DNA from: a virus | IMG/VR virus record: IMGVR_UViG_3300021960_006131 | Location: 1-64,000 of that record | Direction: 5' to 3' (one strand) | Length of the DNA stretch: 64,000 nt | Part shown: positions 34,953 to 44,510 of the stretch, piece after piece | Numbering within the stretch: position 1 is the stretch's first letter | How the letters are laid out: each line of letters starts with the position of its first letter | Position numbers and translations under genes: made by a program | Notes under the pieces: generated by a model | The model's input: only the letters and a program-made list of their open reading frames with translations | Told to the model about the DNA's origin: nothing | Database searches by the model: none

Positions 34953-36485
34953 TTATAGCAATGCGTCTGCTTCTTTACAAATATTCCACCAGTCTTCCAT
35001 TTCAGAAAATGTTGCTAAGAAATCTGTGTTTCTTCTAGTGTCGTGTTGCGTAAAGAATTTGTAAAAATTTGCTCTTGCTTTTGTTAGTTCTTCTTGTGAC
35101 ATTTTACGGCCTTCCTTCATCCAGGCCAAATTACGTCTTACTTTGTCTATTTCAAAATCTTTAAAACCTCTATAGTCTATATTTACTTCATCTGCTTGAT
35201 TTAACTCCATAAAAGCAATACATTCTTCTAAATAGTCTTCATAATGCTGTGGCATCACTTGTATGCATTGCCATAATGGTGCTCTTAATAACGGTATATC
35301 AAACCATATTCTCTGCTTAGGTCTTATTTCATAATCACAATGTTTATGTCCGCCGTTGTCTGGTACAGGAATATATTTTGTTCCTTGTACATCTTTAGCA
35401 TATTGATCTCTAAGTTCTAAAATCCATTGTAGATATTCTTTTAAACTTGTCATACTCAGCGAATTAAATGTGTTAATAAAAGTTATTGTTGTATTATCAG
35501 TTTCACTTAATATTCGCTGTACGTTGTTTTGTAGCATTTTAAAATCCATACCGTTACGCATATATTCTGCTTGTGGACCAAACCCATCGACACTTACAAA
35601 TACTGCGAAGTTCTTACATGCTGGTGCTACATACCAGTTATTCCCTGAGTTTGGATTAAACTTTTCCGGGTCCTCCCATATTTGTATCTCTTCTAATTTC
35701 TGTAGCGATTCGATGAATTTGTCCATTAACACCGGCTTAGGTGGACACATATTCGATGTTACACTCATTTCAAGCCAAGCATTTGGATTAGTATATACAT
35801 AGTCTAATACTTTAAATGTATTACTATCCATTAATGGTTCGCCCCCTGTCATACGAAAAACTTCTAGGTTTTTATATAACTCAGGCCACCATTTCCAAAA
35901 TGCAGTAACGTATGGATTGTCTGCTTGTGATAGTTTAGCAGGCATTAAACCACCTCTGTCTAAACTTTCTATATTATTATGTTCCCCATCAACAATTTGA
36001 TAAGGTCCGTGTTCTTTGATTTCTTTTTCCCAACTGTTTGACAAATGCGGCGAGCAGTAACTACATTTTAAATTACATGCTTGGTTAAAGTTTACTTCTA
36101 CATAACGCGGATTTATATTTCCGTCTGCACCTGCTTCTGCTATTTCTTCTCTGGCGTTTTGTGCCCAGTATTCACCACTACGATAAACTCTATCACTTCT
36201 ACCGCCTACATCTTCTATACGCCAGCAGTAACTACAACCTTCAGGTCGTTCACCTGCTAACATTAGAGCACGTTGCTCTTTCTTTTCTTTTGTGTTATGT
36301 AGTGCTGAAGGATTATCAGCAAGTTCTTCTAAATTTATTTTATGTGTTGGCGGATGATAGCAACTATGTGTCATGCCGTTTGTAAGGTGCATAGAAACCT
36401 GAGTCCACTTTGCGTAACACATTGTTTCGCTTATGGCATCTAATTGTTCCTTGGCCTTGTCTGCGGCTTGATCGTAATTACTCAT
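34953..36485 (-). CDS. radical SAM enzyme, paralog of 33257-34942
   Basis: CNLKCSYC, 'TGGEP'; N-terminal CYAKW / SCYHP / CSYCW. Confidence 0.9.
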   Translation of the reverse strand: MSNYDQAADKAKEQLDAISETMCYAKWTQVSMHLTNGMTHSCYHPPTHKINLEELADNPSALHNTKEKKEQRALMLAGERPEGCSYCWRIEDVGGRSDRVYRSGEYWAQNAREEIAEAGADGNINPRYVEVNFNQACNLKCSYCSPHLSNSWEKEIKEHGPYQIVDGEHNNIESLDRGGLMPAKLSQADNPYVTAFWKWWPELYKNLEVFRMTGGEPLMDSNTFKVLDYVYTNPNAWLEMSVTSNMCPPKPVLMDKFIESLQKLEEIQIWEDPEKFNPNSGNNWYVAPACKNFAVFVSVDGFGPQAEYMRNGMDFKMLQNNVQRILSETDNTTITFINTFNSLSMTSLKEYLQWILELRDQYAKDVQGTKYIPVPDNGGHKHCDYEIRPKQRIWFDIPLLRAPLWQCIQVMPQHYEDYLEECIAFMELNQADEVNIDYRGFKDFEIDKVRRNLAWMKEGRKMSQEELTKARANFYKFFTQHDTRRNTDFLATFSEMEDWWNICKEADALL

Positions 36486-37081
36486 CTTTGTAAATTTACT
36501 ACTTCTTTACCTATTGTAAGATCTATTAGTTTTAAATCTGTTCTATTTGTAATTAATTCTACAACACGTTTTGCATAGTCTGTAATGTTAGTGGCATCAA
36601 TACCGCTAGGACTTACACAGAACGCATTACACACGTTGCTAGACGCACTATATACTAATTGTTGCATCATACTTCTTAATACTGCATACATTACAAACTG
36701 TTTATCCTGTTGTGGCCATGCTGTTATTGAACTGCTTACACCACAAATTGTTATTTCTTTACTGCTATTTTCTAACCATTTTATTAACTTTGTAAAAAAT
36801 AAAAACAATGGTGTATAATTAAAAAACATACTTGACATTTGTTGTAAAGTTATATTACTATAATTCTTATTATCTATTACTAATGCAATTTGTTCTTCTA
36901 TGTTTGCATTTATTACAATTATATCAGGTACTACTTTACCATCTATAAACTTATCAAAGTCTGCATAATCAACATTATCTCTACCAAAGCCATATGTACT
37001 AATATCTTGTTCTTTAAGTTTCTTAATAATATTACCTGCGAAATCAGACGACTTTCCAAACACCCATGCTAATTTTCTCAT
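36482..37081 (-). CDS. atypical short-chain dehydrogenase/reductase (Rossmann fold)
   Basis: 'VFGKSSDFA', 'DIIVINAN', 'VSSS', YxxxR in place of YxxxK, 'VSPSGI'. Confidence 0.55.
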   Translation of the reverse strand: MRKLAWVFGKSSDFAGNIIKKLKEQDISTYGFGRDNVDYADFDKFIDGKVVPDIIVINANIEEQIALVIDNKNYSNITLQQMSSMFFNYTPLFLFFTKLIKWLENSSKEITICGVSSSITAWPQQDKQFVMYAVLRSMMQQLVYSASSNVCNAFCVSPSGIDATNITDYAKRVVELITNRTDLKLIDLTIGKEVVNLQR

Positions 37082-38040
37082 GTACCTATCAATCCTTTTT
37101 CTAATAGGTCTTGTATTTGTCGCTCAGTGATCATTGCACCCCATCTTTTTGGGTTTACAAATGTTGCTTTGAAAAATTTACTCATTTGATCGTTGGGTTC
37201 GAACAGCATCATACCTTGAACTTCTTCATTGATTTCTTCTCCTAGTTCATTAACAAGTTGTTTTAGATGTTCATTGCTTTCTATATTGTTTTTTGTTTCT
37301 TCAAAAAAGCCTTTGAACCAATCGTAATCTGATATCTGATTAGTATTCCAGTTACTTAAAACTGTCATCTTACAACCTAGTCTTGCTCCATAGATTGCCC
37401 ACCAACCATTGTCTACGTCTGTGCCAACATTACACCAAACATTTAATCTGTTAAAGTTACCATACCATATCTTATCTTGGAACACATGAGGTGATACTCT
37501 TGCGCCTTGGTCTAAACTTAGTTTAACACCTTCCCTAAAGCCGGCTCTAAAGGCTTGGAATGGACTAGCAGTTTGATGTACTTCTGAGAATATATCATTC
37601 ATTTGTATGTAGTTAAGTTTCCAACAAAACTCCATACCTTCGCCATCTGTTGCGGCTTCGTGTGTATTGATACTTTTTGTATATTCTTTAGGCCAGCACT
37701 TTAATCCGCCGTTGCCGTATACTAATCCATTTAATAAATTTTTAGCATTCCAACTGAAGATACTTTCTGATATATCGTTACCATCATGATCTTTTTCTGG
37801 AAACTCTAGTTCCTGATTAAAGAATTCATCCATAACAATGTTGTCACCGTCTACTGTGATAAAACGATCTGTTTCTGATTGATTGGCACATTCTTTGTGT
37901 GCGGCATCAAAGCCTTTAACTCCGTGTACACGTTTTGCCCACGGTACTTTGTTTAGTAGGTCTGCCCAGTTTTCTTCACAGTTGGGTTCATCGTATGAAA
38001 TATAAAATATGTCTAATTCTGTGACGTCTATTTTTGCCAT
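37078..38040 (-). CDS. GT-A-like glycosyltransferase (single-module paralog of 27248-30292)
   Basis: 'DIFYISYDE', 'VKGFDAAHK', DxD 'TVDGDN', 'YGNGGLK', 'AFRAGFREGVKL'. Confidence 0.65.
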   Translation of the reverse strand: MAKIDVTELDIFYISYDEPNCEENWADLLNKVPWAKRVHGVKGFDAAHKECANQSETDRFITVDGDNIVMDEFFNQELEFPEKDHDGNDISESIFSWNAKNLLNGLVYGNGGLKCWPKEYTKSINTHEAATDGEGMEFCWKLNYIQMNDIFSEVHQTASPFQAFRAGFREGVKLSLDQGARVSPHVFQDKIWYGNFNRLNVWCNVGTDVDNGWWAIYGARLGCKMTVLSNWNTNQISDYDWFKGFFEETKNNIESNEHLKQLVNELGEEINEEVQGMMLFEPNDQMSKFFKATFVNPKRWGAMITERQIQDLLEKGLIGT

Positions 38041-38064
38041 ATGTGTGTCCTAATAATATACACA

Positions 38065-38071
38065 TATTTAT
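38065..38071 (-). promoter_or_regulatory. late-type promoter ATAAATA
   Basis: Intergenic GATAAATA, then AGGA RBS and ATG 38040. Confidence 0.55.
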
Positions 38072-38089
38072 CTTTAATTTAGTTAGGGG

Positions 38090-38707
38090 TTAGGCGACTC
38101 TGATATACTTATCAAATATTTTTCTGGTATAAATGCTTTTATCTGAACAGTCATGATTGATTTTAAATTCTAATTCTTTATTTTTGAATAAATCTGGTAA
38201 TGATATTTCTATGCTATCATATAAAAAATGCGGATCATCGATGCTGGTAATATACAATGCCATCCTTTGTTCACCTTTAAATGAAAAGTTATCTATATCA
38301 ACATTATTTGTAATATTAGTATGTAGTTTATCACTGAGTGTTACAATTACTTTATTTTTTAATCCTTGTATTTTTACGTCAAACTCTGTGTTATCAGACA
38401 GTCTTATTTGTGTTAGCATCTTTGATGCTGATTTAAACTTTTCTAGTTCTATTACTTTGGTAACAAAAGAATATACTCCTTCCTCATTGGGATTAGTTAA
38501 TACTAAAAAATCATTAACAGTTTTATTATTTTTTGGATCTTCAAATATTTTACACTGATCATATGTAAATACCGCATGGTTATATTCTAAGTAATCATCA
38601 GATTCTGCTCTTCCATAATAAGAAATAGCACCGCTGTCGTCAAAATACACGTGACGATCACTTTGCTGTTGGGCCTTTCTAGCCTTTTCTAAGTCCTCTA
38701 ACTTCAT
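38090..38707 (-). CDS. hypothetical protein
   Basis: 205-aa ORF in operon. Confidence 0.75.
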   Translation of the reverse strand: MKLEDLEKARKAQQQSDRHVYFDDSGAISYYGRAESDDYLEYNHAVFTYDQCKIFEDPKNNKTVNDFLVLTNPNEEGVYSFVTKVIELEKFKSASKMLTQIRLSDNTEFDVKIQGLKNKVIVTLSDKLHTNITNNVDIDNFSFKGEQRMALYITSIDDPHFLYDSIEISLPDLFKNKELEFKINHDCSDKSIYTRKIFDKYIRVA

Positions 38708-39557
38708 CTTCTAATGTCTCTATAATATTATTTGTTAACCATTCTTTATCTACATAATGAAACGGATAGTGTTGTTGAAAGTTTCCTACTTTAAAATTGG
38801 ATACACTACTAAAATAGGTAGGTATGCTCAGTGTCCATTTTTCATCTAACAATGAACCACCTGGCAGATCCTGTATAAAACTTTTCATGTGAGTAAATGT
38901 AGGCATATCTGTTAAATCGTCTACTGTTGTTTCGCTTTCTAATCCTAATAGTTGTATTGCTAATGCATACACAACATCAGCACTTAACTTATTAGGCTTA
39001 CCATTTGGCATGTATTTAAAATAAAACCTTTGCCAATTTTCAAATATCAACTGAATCATCTTAAAAAGTTCACTTGCTGTTTCTGATTTTTTAAAATAAA
39101 AGAATGCTGTATATATGTTTGGCATATTATTTTTAATAAAGTATTCTCTATAATATTTATTGCTAGGGTCTGCTGGTTCTCCCCTATATGTTTTAATATT
39201 TGTAGTTGCCCATACATCTTTTTCTTCTAATATATCCCACCAATGACTAACATCAGTAGGAAAAATCATATCAGCATCTAGTATGACTGTTTCATCGTAT
39301 GGCGTCATATAATAGTATTTCCATTTGTTATCTATTTTCCAATCTGCATCTGCGGCATCATCCTTCCATGGAATCTCTATTACCTTATCAAAAACTTTTT
39401 TATATTTTTCTGGTACTGTACTTTTATCTTCTACACATACTGCTAGGTTACTTACTTTTGATTGTGTGATCTTTAAACTTAATGCAAGAGCATAAGCCAT
39501 TCTTAGATAATTAGTATCTGCAGAATTTTGTGCAATAACAATATAACCTTTAGACAT
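38679..39557 (-). CDS. GT8-like glycosyltransferase
   Basis: 'YLRMAYALALSLK', 'TPYDETVILDADM' (DxD), 'HMK'. Confidence 0.7.
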   Translation of the reverse strand: MSKGYIVIAQNSADTNYLRMAYALALSLKITQSKVSNLAVCVEDKSTVPEKYKKVFDKVIEIPWKDDAADADWKIDNKWKYYYMTPYDETVILDADMIFPTDVSHWWDILEEKDVWATTNIKTYRGEPADPSNKYYREYFIKNNMPNIYTAFFYFKKSETASELFKMIQLIFENWQRFYFKYMPNGKPNKLSADVVYALAIQLLGLESETTVDDLTDMPTFTHMKSFIQDLPGGSLLDEKWTLSIPTYFSSVSNFKVGNFQQHYPFHYVDKEWLTNNIIETLEDEVRGLRKG

Positions 39558-40335
39558 TTTCTAGCCTCGGTTTGATATGTTCTTCAAAATACATTCTATA
39601 CCCTTTTTCGTTTGGGTGATTTTGATAATCATCTTCGCTCCAGACATCGCTATCAAGTTCTTCATATTTTATTACTTCTTGTTGTATGCCTGGTAGATCA
39701 ATACAATCTTTGATTTGATCTGTTAAATGTGTATACATCCATTTATGCTCAGGATTCAACACTTTTTGTCTATGCTTTTCATTTATCCATATAAACATAA
39801 CTTTTATATTATGTTTTTCACAAAAAGATTTTACCAAATTATATAATGTTAATGTATTAAGTATGTCTGTGTATTCGTGTTGTAAATTTACATAATATTG
39901 AGTAGATAAATGATATAGTTCTGGAAATTCTTTCTCAACATCTTGATGCGAATGCCACGGAGCAATAGATACCCAGCCATTGTCTTCTATAGAAACTGCA
40001 TCATAATCTGTAAAACTTCTAGGGGTAATAACTCTCTCCCCCAAAAATAAATTTGGACTATCTGGAATCATTTCGCGGCTAGATAAAAAAGCATATCTAT
40101 GGATCATTGTCCATTGCACTATTCCAAATATGTCTTCTGGTAAAACACCTGAGTCTAGTTTTTGTTTTACATGATTCATAAATGTATGTGCAATAAATTG
40201 ATTACCGCATCCACCTACACCTAGTGGTATTAATTCTCTACCCAAATGTTCTGCAACAAAGTCATTCCACATTTTATGCGGTGTGGATATTGTGTCACTA
40301 AAACTACAACCAGATGATATAAAATACTTAGGCAT
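39550..40335 (-). CDS. SGNH/GDSL-hydrolase-like protein
   Basis: Block I 'SGCSFS', 'GVGGCGN', C-terminal 'HPNEKGY'; GGAG RBS before ATG 40335. Confidence 0.6.
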   Translation of the reverse strand: MPKYFISSGCSFSDTISTPHKMWNDFVAEHLGRELIPLGVGGCGNQFIAHTFMNHVKQKLDSGVLPEDIFGIVQWTMIHRYAFLSSREMIPDSPNLFLGERVITPRSFTDYDAVSIEDNGWVSIAPWHSHQDVEKEFPELYHLSTQYYVNLQHEYTDILNTLTLYNLVKSFCEKHNIKVMFIWINEKHRQKVLNPEHKWMYTHLTDQIKDCIDLPGIQQEVIKYEELDSDVWSEDDYQNHPNEKGYRMYFEEHIKPRLENV

Positions 40336-41209
40336 TATATATCTCCAGTAATTTATCTGCATGTCTTTGAAGTGCCCACTTATTCATAATGTGTAAGTCT
40401 ACATCTTTCCATCTGCTTAGTTGAAAATCTGCATTTGATTTAGGTTTTTCTAAAAACATTGTGATATCATTTACAGCATTCACTTCATGTATATCATCCC
40501 AATCAAATGTTTTATACATTTTTTCTATGGGTAATTGTTGTTGTGCTTCACTTTTAAATCCATTCATAACATGAGCGGCAACACTAAAACTGTAATCGTT
40601 TCTGTAAAGCATGCCTGGTATTTCATATAAGTCTTTATAGTAGTTCCAATTTTCTTTTACGTCTTTTACTACATTAAAAAAACTTTCTACATATGGCGTC
40701 TTTTTAAAATACACAACTGTTGCCCAATACATTGATATACCAAAATCGCTTATTCTTTTATATGATTCTGATCTACCAAATTGTATATCTTGCACATCTC
40801 TGTGTAGCATAATATCGTTTTTATGATCCCAACAAGCATTTAAACTGTCGCTGAGTACTAAGTAATCTACATCCATTACTATGGTTTCGTCATAAGGTGA
40901 TATATCATATGCATCGCATCTGTTAGCATTGTAGAATGGTAATACTTTTACACTATGATTAGTGTCTCTATAATTGCGATGATTTTTTGCTTTGAAGTCT
41001 AAATCTTTTTCAGCAATAATTATATTATCAATATAATCTTCTACTTTGATATTTTTAGATGTGTAGTCATACGAGTTTTGATCAGTAACTACTGTAATGC
41101 TATGCTTACCAAGATTGTATCTAATCATACTTGCTGTTACACAGGCAAGTTTTAAATACTCAATCTCTTCATTGTTATGAGCGTATAATAAAAATCCTTT
41201 AGTCGTCAT
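40328..41209 (-). CDS. GT8-like glycosyltransferase, paralog of 38679-39557
   Basis: 'YLKLA', 'SPYDETIVMDVDY' (DxD), 'RNDYSFSVA', 'HIMNK'. Confidence 0.7.
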   Translation of the reverse strand: MTTKGFLLYAHNNEEIEYLKLACVTASMIRYNLGKHSITVVTDQNSYDYTSKNIKVEDYIDNIIIAEKDLDFKAKNHRNYRDTNHSVKVLPFYNANRCDAYDISPYDETIVMDVDYLVLSDSLNACWDHKNDIMLHRDVQDIQFGRSESYKRISDFGISMYWATVVYFKKTPYVESFFNVVKDVKENWNYYKDLYEIPGMLYRNDYSFSVAAHVMNGFKSEAQQQLPIEKMYKTFDWDDIHEVNAVNDITMFLEKPKSNADFQLSRWKDVDLHIMNKWALQRHADKLLEIYNA

Positions 41210-41561
41210 CGAGATCTATGTCTATTAGTTTATGGACCTTGCGAGCCTTTCTTAACTTGACATATTCTGCATGATAATCATTTGTCACTTCAAAGTATCT
41301 ACTCAACAGTTCATCTAAAAATGCTGATAGGTCTTCTATTTGTATAGGGTTTTCGTAGTTGTCTATTAAGACACTTTCGTTATACTCTTTTTCAATTAGT
41401 GTATTTACAAATGTTATTAGTTCTTGTGATACTGTAAATGTACCACCATTTGTAGAAAGGATAAGCCTCGTTTGAGTTTTGGATCTCAAAGAGGCTATCT
41501 GATTATTTAATGTTTGCCGATAATTGGCGAATTCTAATGCTTTGGTAAGTCGCTCACTCAT
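41199..41561 (-). CDS. hypothetical phage protein
   Basis: 120-aa ORF, CAGGA RBS, ATAAATA/GTAAATA boxes at 41598-41581. Confidence 0.8.
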   Translation of the reverse strand: MSERLTKALEFANYRQTLNNQIASLRSKTQTRLILSTNGGTFTVSQELITFVNTLIEKEYNESVLIDNYENPIQIEDLSAFLDELLSRYFEVTNDYHAEYVKLRKARKVHKLIDIDLDDD

Positions 41562-41600
41562 ACAAGTCCTGTGTTGTGTATATTTACAAACTATTTATTA

Positions 41601-42497
41601 TTATAAATCTGAGTTTGTAGTATAAGTCGGTGTAGCAACTACAACACTATAACCATTTGGCAATGTTCCACTATTAGGTCTATACTGTCCAGAAACACTT
41701 GTTAATGTTCCGTCAACACTATCAAAATATCCTCTACCTGTATGTGAATCACCAAATGTGATTAAAAATCTCAATACAGTTGAACTATCTGCTCTTGCTT
41801 GAATAGAATAATAGTTAGTTGAGTATGACCCAGAACCTGCTTTAGTATATATAGTTTGGTATGTTGTTGTTAAATCATTATTACCAATACTTGTAGTAGT
41901 TCCTGAACTTGCAGTAGTTTGAGTATAATTCATTTTAATTGTACCCATAGCACTTAACATGTTGGTCCAGTCTGTGTTCTGATCAGTAGTTGAACCACCA
42001 CTTCTACTTGCTGTAAAATATAAACTTCCGCCTGCATTAAAAAATGCATTTCTAATTGCGGCACTTCCAAAAGTAACAGTAACATCATGAGTAACTGTAG
42101 TACTCCATGCGGCTGTTCTAGTACTAGTGTCTTTTGCTTCTTGCGACAAGTATGACGCATCAGCAGTTAACCTAGCATTATATCCGTTAGTTATTGTAGA
42201 TTGTATATTATTTAAATCTGTGTCTTGAATTAGTGCGGCATTACTAACGTCTGAAACGTTGTTACTTGCACCTGTATAAACTGCAATATCCTGAGCGGCA
42301 TTAATTATGTCATTAGTGTTTGTGTCGGTAATTGTTGCACCGGCGGCTGGATTATGAACACTCCAACTTTGACCCCAACCTTCGTTTGAGCCACCTGGAG
42401 TACCAGTTATTAATAAAATATTATTCCTTGCAACGTCCCAATCAGCGGCGGTTATTGTTGAACCTGCTGATCTATTCGTCATGGTTGATAATGCCAT
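41601..42497 (-). CDS. probable virion structural protein (Thr/Ser/Gly/Asn-rich, beta-rich)
   Basis: Composition typical of tail/baseplate appendages; 'FFNAGG' motif; late box and AGGAG RBS. Confidence 0.65.
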   Translation of the reverse strand: MALSTMTNRSAGSTITAADWDVARNNILLITGTPGGSNEGWGQSWSVHNPAAGATITDTNTNDIINAAQDIAVYTGASNNVSDVSNAALIQDTDLNNIQSTITNGYNARLTADASYLSQEAKDTSTRTAAWSTTVTHDVTVTFGSAAIRNAFFNAGGSLYFTASRSGGSTTDQNTDWTNMLSAMGTIKMNYTQTTASSGTTTSIGNNDLTTTYQTIYTKAGSGSYSTNYYSIQARADSSTVLRFLITFGDSHTGRGYFDSVDGTLTSVSGQYRPNSGTLPNGYSVVVATPTYTTNSDL

Positions 42498-42506
42498 TGT
42501 TTTCTC

Positions 42507-42559
42507 CTAAATCGATTTAGTTGTTACCTTGCGATAACATTTTGTACAAATGTATTTAT
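42507..42559 (-). promoter_or_regulatory. late promoter ATAAATA with structured leader (three short hairpins)
   Basis: Box at 42559-42553; CATTT/AAATG; TGTTATC-GCAA-GGTAACA; CTAAA-TCGA-TTTAG overlapping the SD. Confidence 0.5.
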
Positions 42560-42572
42560 CAAAAATAAGTGA

Positions 42573-44510
42573 TTATGTGTCTTGAGTAAACCTTTTTGTC
42601 CACAAAGTAAGACTGTATTTAACGCCTTCTTCTAGCGGTTCACACACATGAGGATGTGTAACTTGCCCAGGCCACATCAGCATTAAACCTCTTGTAATGT
42701 GCCTGTTTGTAAAATGCTGTCTAGGAAATGTTAATTCAGCACCTTGATAGTTATCATTTAATTTAACACTACCGCTGACCATACTAGCATCATTATGTAA
42801 TGCTAATTCTGTTTGTGTATCTAGGCTATATCGCATAGCAAAGAAGTCTCTTATACCGTACATACTCATAGGTGGCCAATATGCTTCTAATTGCGGCCAT
42901 ATGTTTTTGGTTAAATGGTTTTCTAAATGTTTATATAAATTTGGACATAATTTATTAATTCTAATTTCTTGAGCCGGATAAGCATCATCAGGTCGTGGTG
43001 CCCAACCACCTGCTTCGTCACATGCTCCAATTAAATCGTCGCACATCTGCGGTGTCATGTATTCAAATGCTACAATATCATCTGCTACAGTCCATATTTT
43101 ATTATACTTTGCTAGATTTATAGGTACAACACTACCTTTATTCATTATTTGATTGACTAGTGATCTATATGCTGTTTTATCATCAGGACCACCATTGCCA
43201 TGCAATACACAACTGTAGCAACCTGTTTCAGAATTATAAACTTGATTATTATTGCTTACACTTAATGAGTTTGCTGTACCACTTACACATTGAAATATAT
43301 AATTCTCTACATCTAATTTAATATTAAATTTACCACTTAAAAACAATTTTTGATAATACAGTTGATCGTCATCTTTCTTTTTAATGTCTGTTCTAAGCAT
43401 TTCTTTTAAAACAACTGCTCTACCTATAAAACCACCACTATTTAAAAATCTATTTCTGGTATGAACTTTTGGAAATTGATCTGCTATACTATCATCTGGC
43501 CATATAAGTGGTTCAGCACCAAATACTACATCAGCACCAAACTGTTTAAATCTTTTAACTAATTCTTGTTCGTTATCGTTAATGATGACATCATACCCGT
43601 CTACAAACATTACTATATCATGGTCGTCAACATTACGCAATCTACTTCTAAGATAATGAACTTTGTGTCCGCCACCGGGACCATCTGCCATTACACCGCC
43701 TTCCCATGGCTCACCTACGCCTAACATTTCTAATTTTACATCGTGTGTTTTACAACTATTGATTAAGTCTTCTGCTTTTAAACTTTCAGTTGCTACAGTG
43801 AATACTTTAAACTCTTTCCATTCTTTAAATGTAATAGCAGTTTCAGTGTCTGTTTTTCCTATCTTTGTTTCTCTAGCATACGGATGAAATACATTTGTTT
43901 TATATGCCAATCCTTTTAGTTTATTAAAATTTTTAAATTGTGGGTAAGTTTCTATTAGTGGGTTTGTACCTAACATCATGGGAATGTATTCATCTGCAGG
44001 TATCATGTATTGCAATGCATCAGCATTTAAAAGTTTTTTAGCACCTTCAACACTTAAGGCATAACCGGCTGTCCAATAACAATATCCTGGTATTTCAAAT
44101 AAATCATCAAATCCCTGAGCCTTATCGTCCATGTTCCATTTTGATAGATAAACTAAATCAAATTCTTCTAATCTTTCTTTTATTTGTGTAATGTTATATG
44201 TTTCGACATTGTGATATAAATCATCTTCTAGTATAACTGCAGGTTCGTTATTTTTAACTATCTTGCCCCATGCAGTAATATGACTTAACATACAACCTAC
44301 TTCGCCAGTTGTCAACGGTCTATTTTCTAAAGGATCTAACCAATTTTTGCACACTTGCATACCTTGACTTAGAACTTTACTATAGTCAACTAAGTTACCA
44401 TCAATGCCTTGAATACGTTCATAATCTGTTATTTCTAACTTTGCAAAAAGATCTAACATATTTTGATTTCGATCAGTTCGTTTATCTAAATTAATATAAT
44501 AATGTTTCAT
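42573..44510 (-). CDS. three-domain fusion: GT25 glycosyltransferase + PLOD/LH3-like GT domain + lysyl-hydroxylase-like 2OG-Fe(II) domain
   Basis: GT25: 'YINLDKRTDR','GEVGCMLSH','ILEDD','YWTAGY','PADEYIP'; PLOD-GT: 'FTVAT','GGGHKV','FVDGYDV','FGAE..IWP','FLNSGGFIG','DDDQLYY','HGNG'; LH: 'RYS...Q..L.LHNDAS','GGA-like GAELTF','HPH','YSL'; ATG 44510 overlaps upstream TGA. Confidence 0.85.
   Translation of the reverse strand: MKHYYINLDKRTDRNQNMLDLFAKLEITDYERIQGIDGNLVDYSKVLSQGMQVCKNWLDPLENRPLTTGEVGCMLSHITAWGKIVKNNEPAVILEDDLYHNVETYNITQIKERLEEFDLVYLSKWNMDDKAQGFDDLFEIPGYCYWTAGYALSVEGAKKLLNADALQYMIPADEYIPMMLGTNPLIETYPQFKNFNKLKGLAYKTNVFHPYARETKIGKTDTETAITFKEWKEFKVFTVATESLKAEDLINSCKTHDVKLEMLGVGEPWEGGVMADGPGGGHKVHYLRSRLRNVDDHDIVMFVDGYDVIINDNEQELVKRFKQFGADVVFGAEPLIWPDDSIADQFPKVHTRNRFLNSGGFIGRAVVLKEMLRTDIKKKDDDQLYYQKLFLSGKFNIKLDVENYIFQCVSGTANSLSVSNNNQVYNSETGCYSCVLHGNGGPDDKTAYRSLVNQIMNKGSVVPINLAKYNKIWTVADDIVAFEYMTPQMCDDLIGACDEAGGWAPRPDDAYPAQEIRINKLCPNLYKHLENHLTKNIWPQLEAYWPPMSMYGIRDFFAMRYSLDTQTELALHNDASMVSGSVKLNDNYQGAELTFPRQHFTNRHITRGLMLMWPGQVTHPHVCEPLEEGVKYSLTLWTKRFTQDT

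Noticed and set aside
8484-40335. Saxitoxin-like pathway (amidinotransferase, carbamoyltransferase with PFIY peptide, sulfotransferase, PhyH dioxygenase, SDR, SGNH protein)
   Set aside because: Only enzyme classes overlap. There is no SxtA-type ACP/AONS enzyme, Rieske oxygenase or exporter, the genes are dispersed, and the many GTs point to glycan chemistry.
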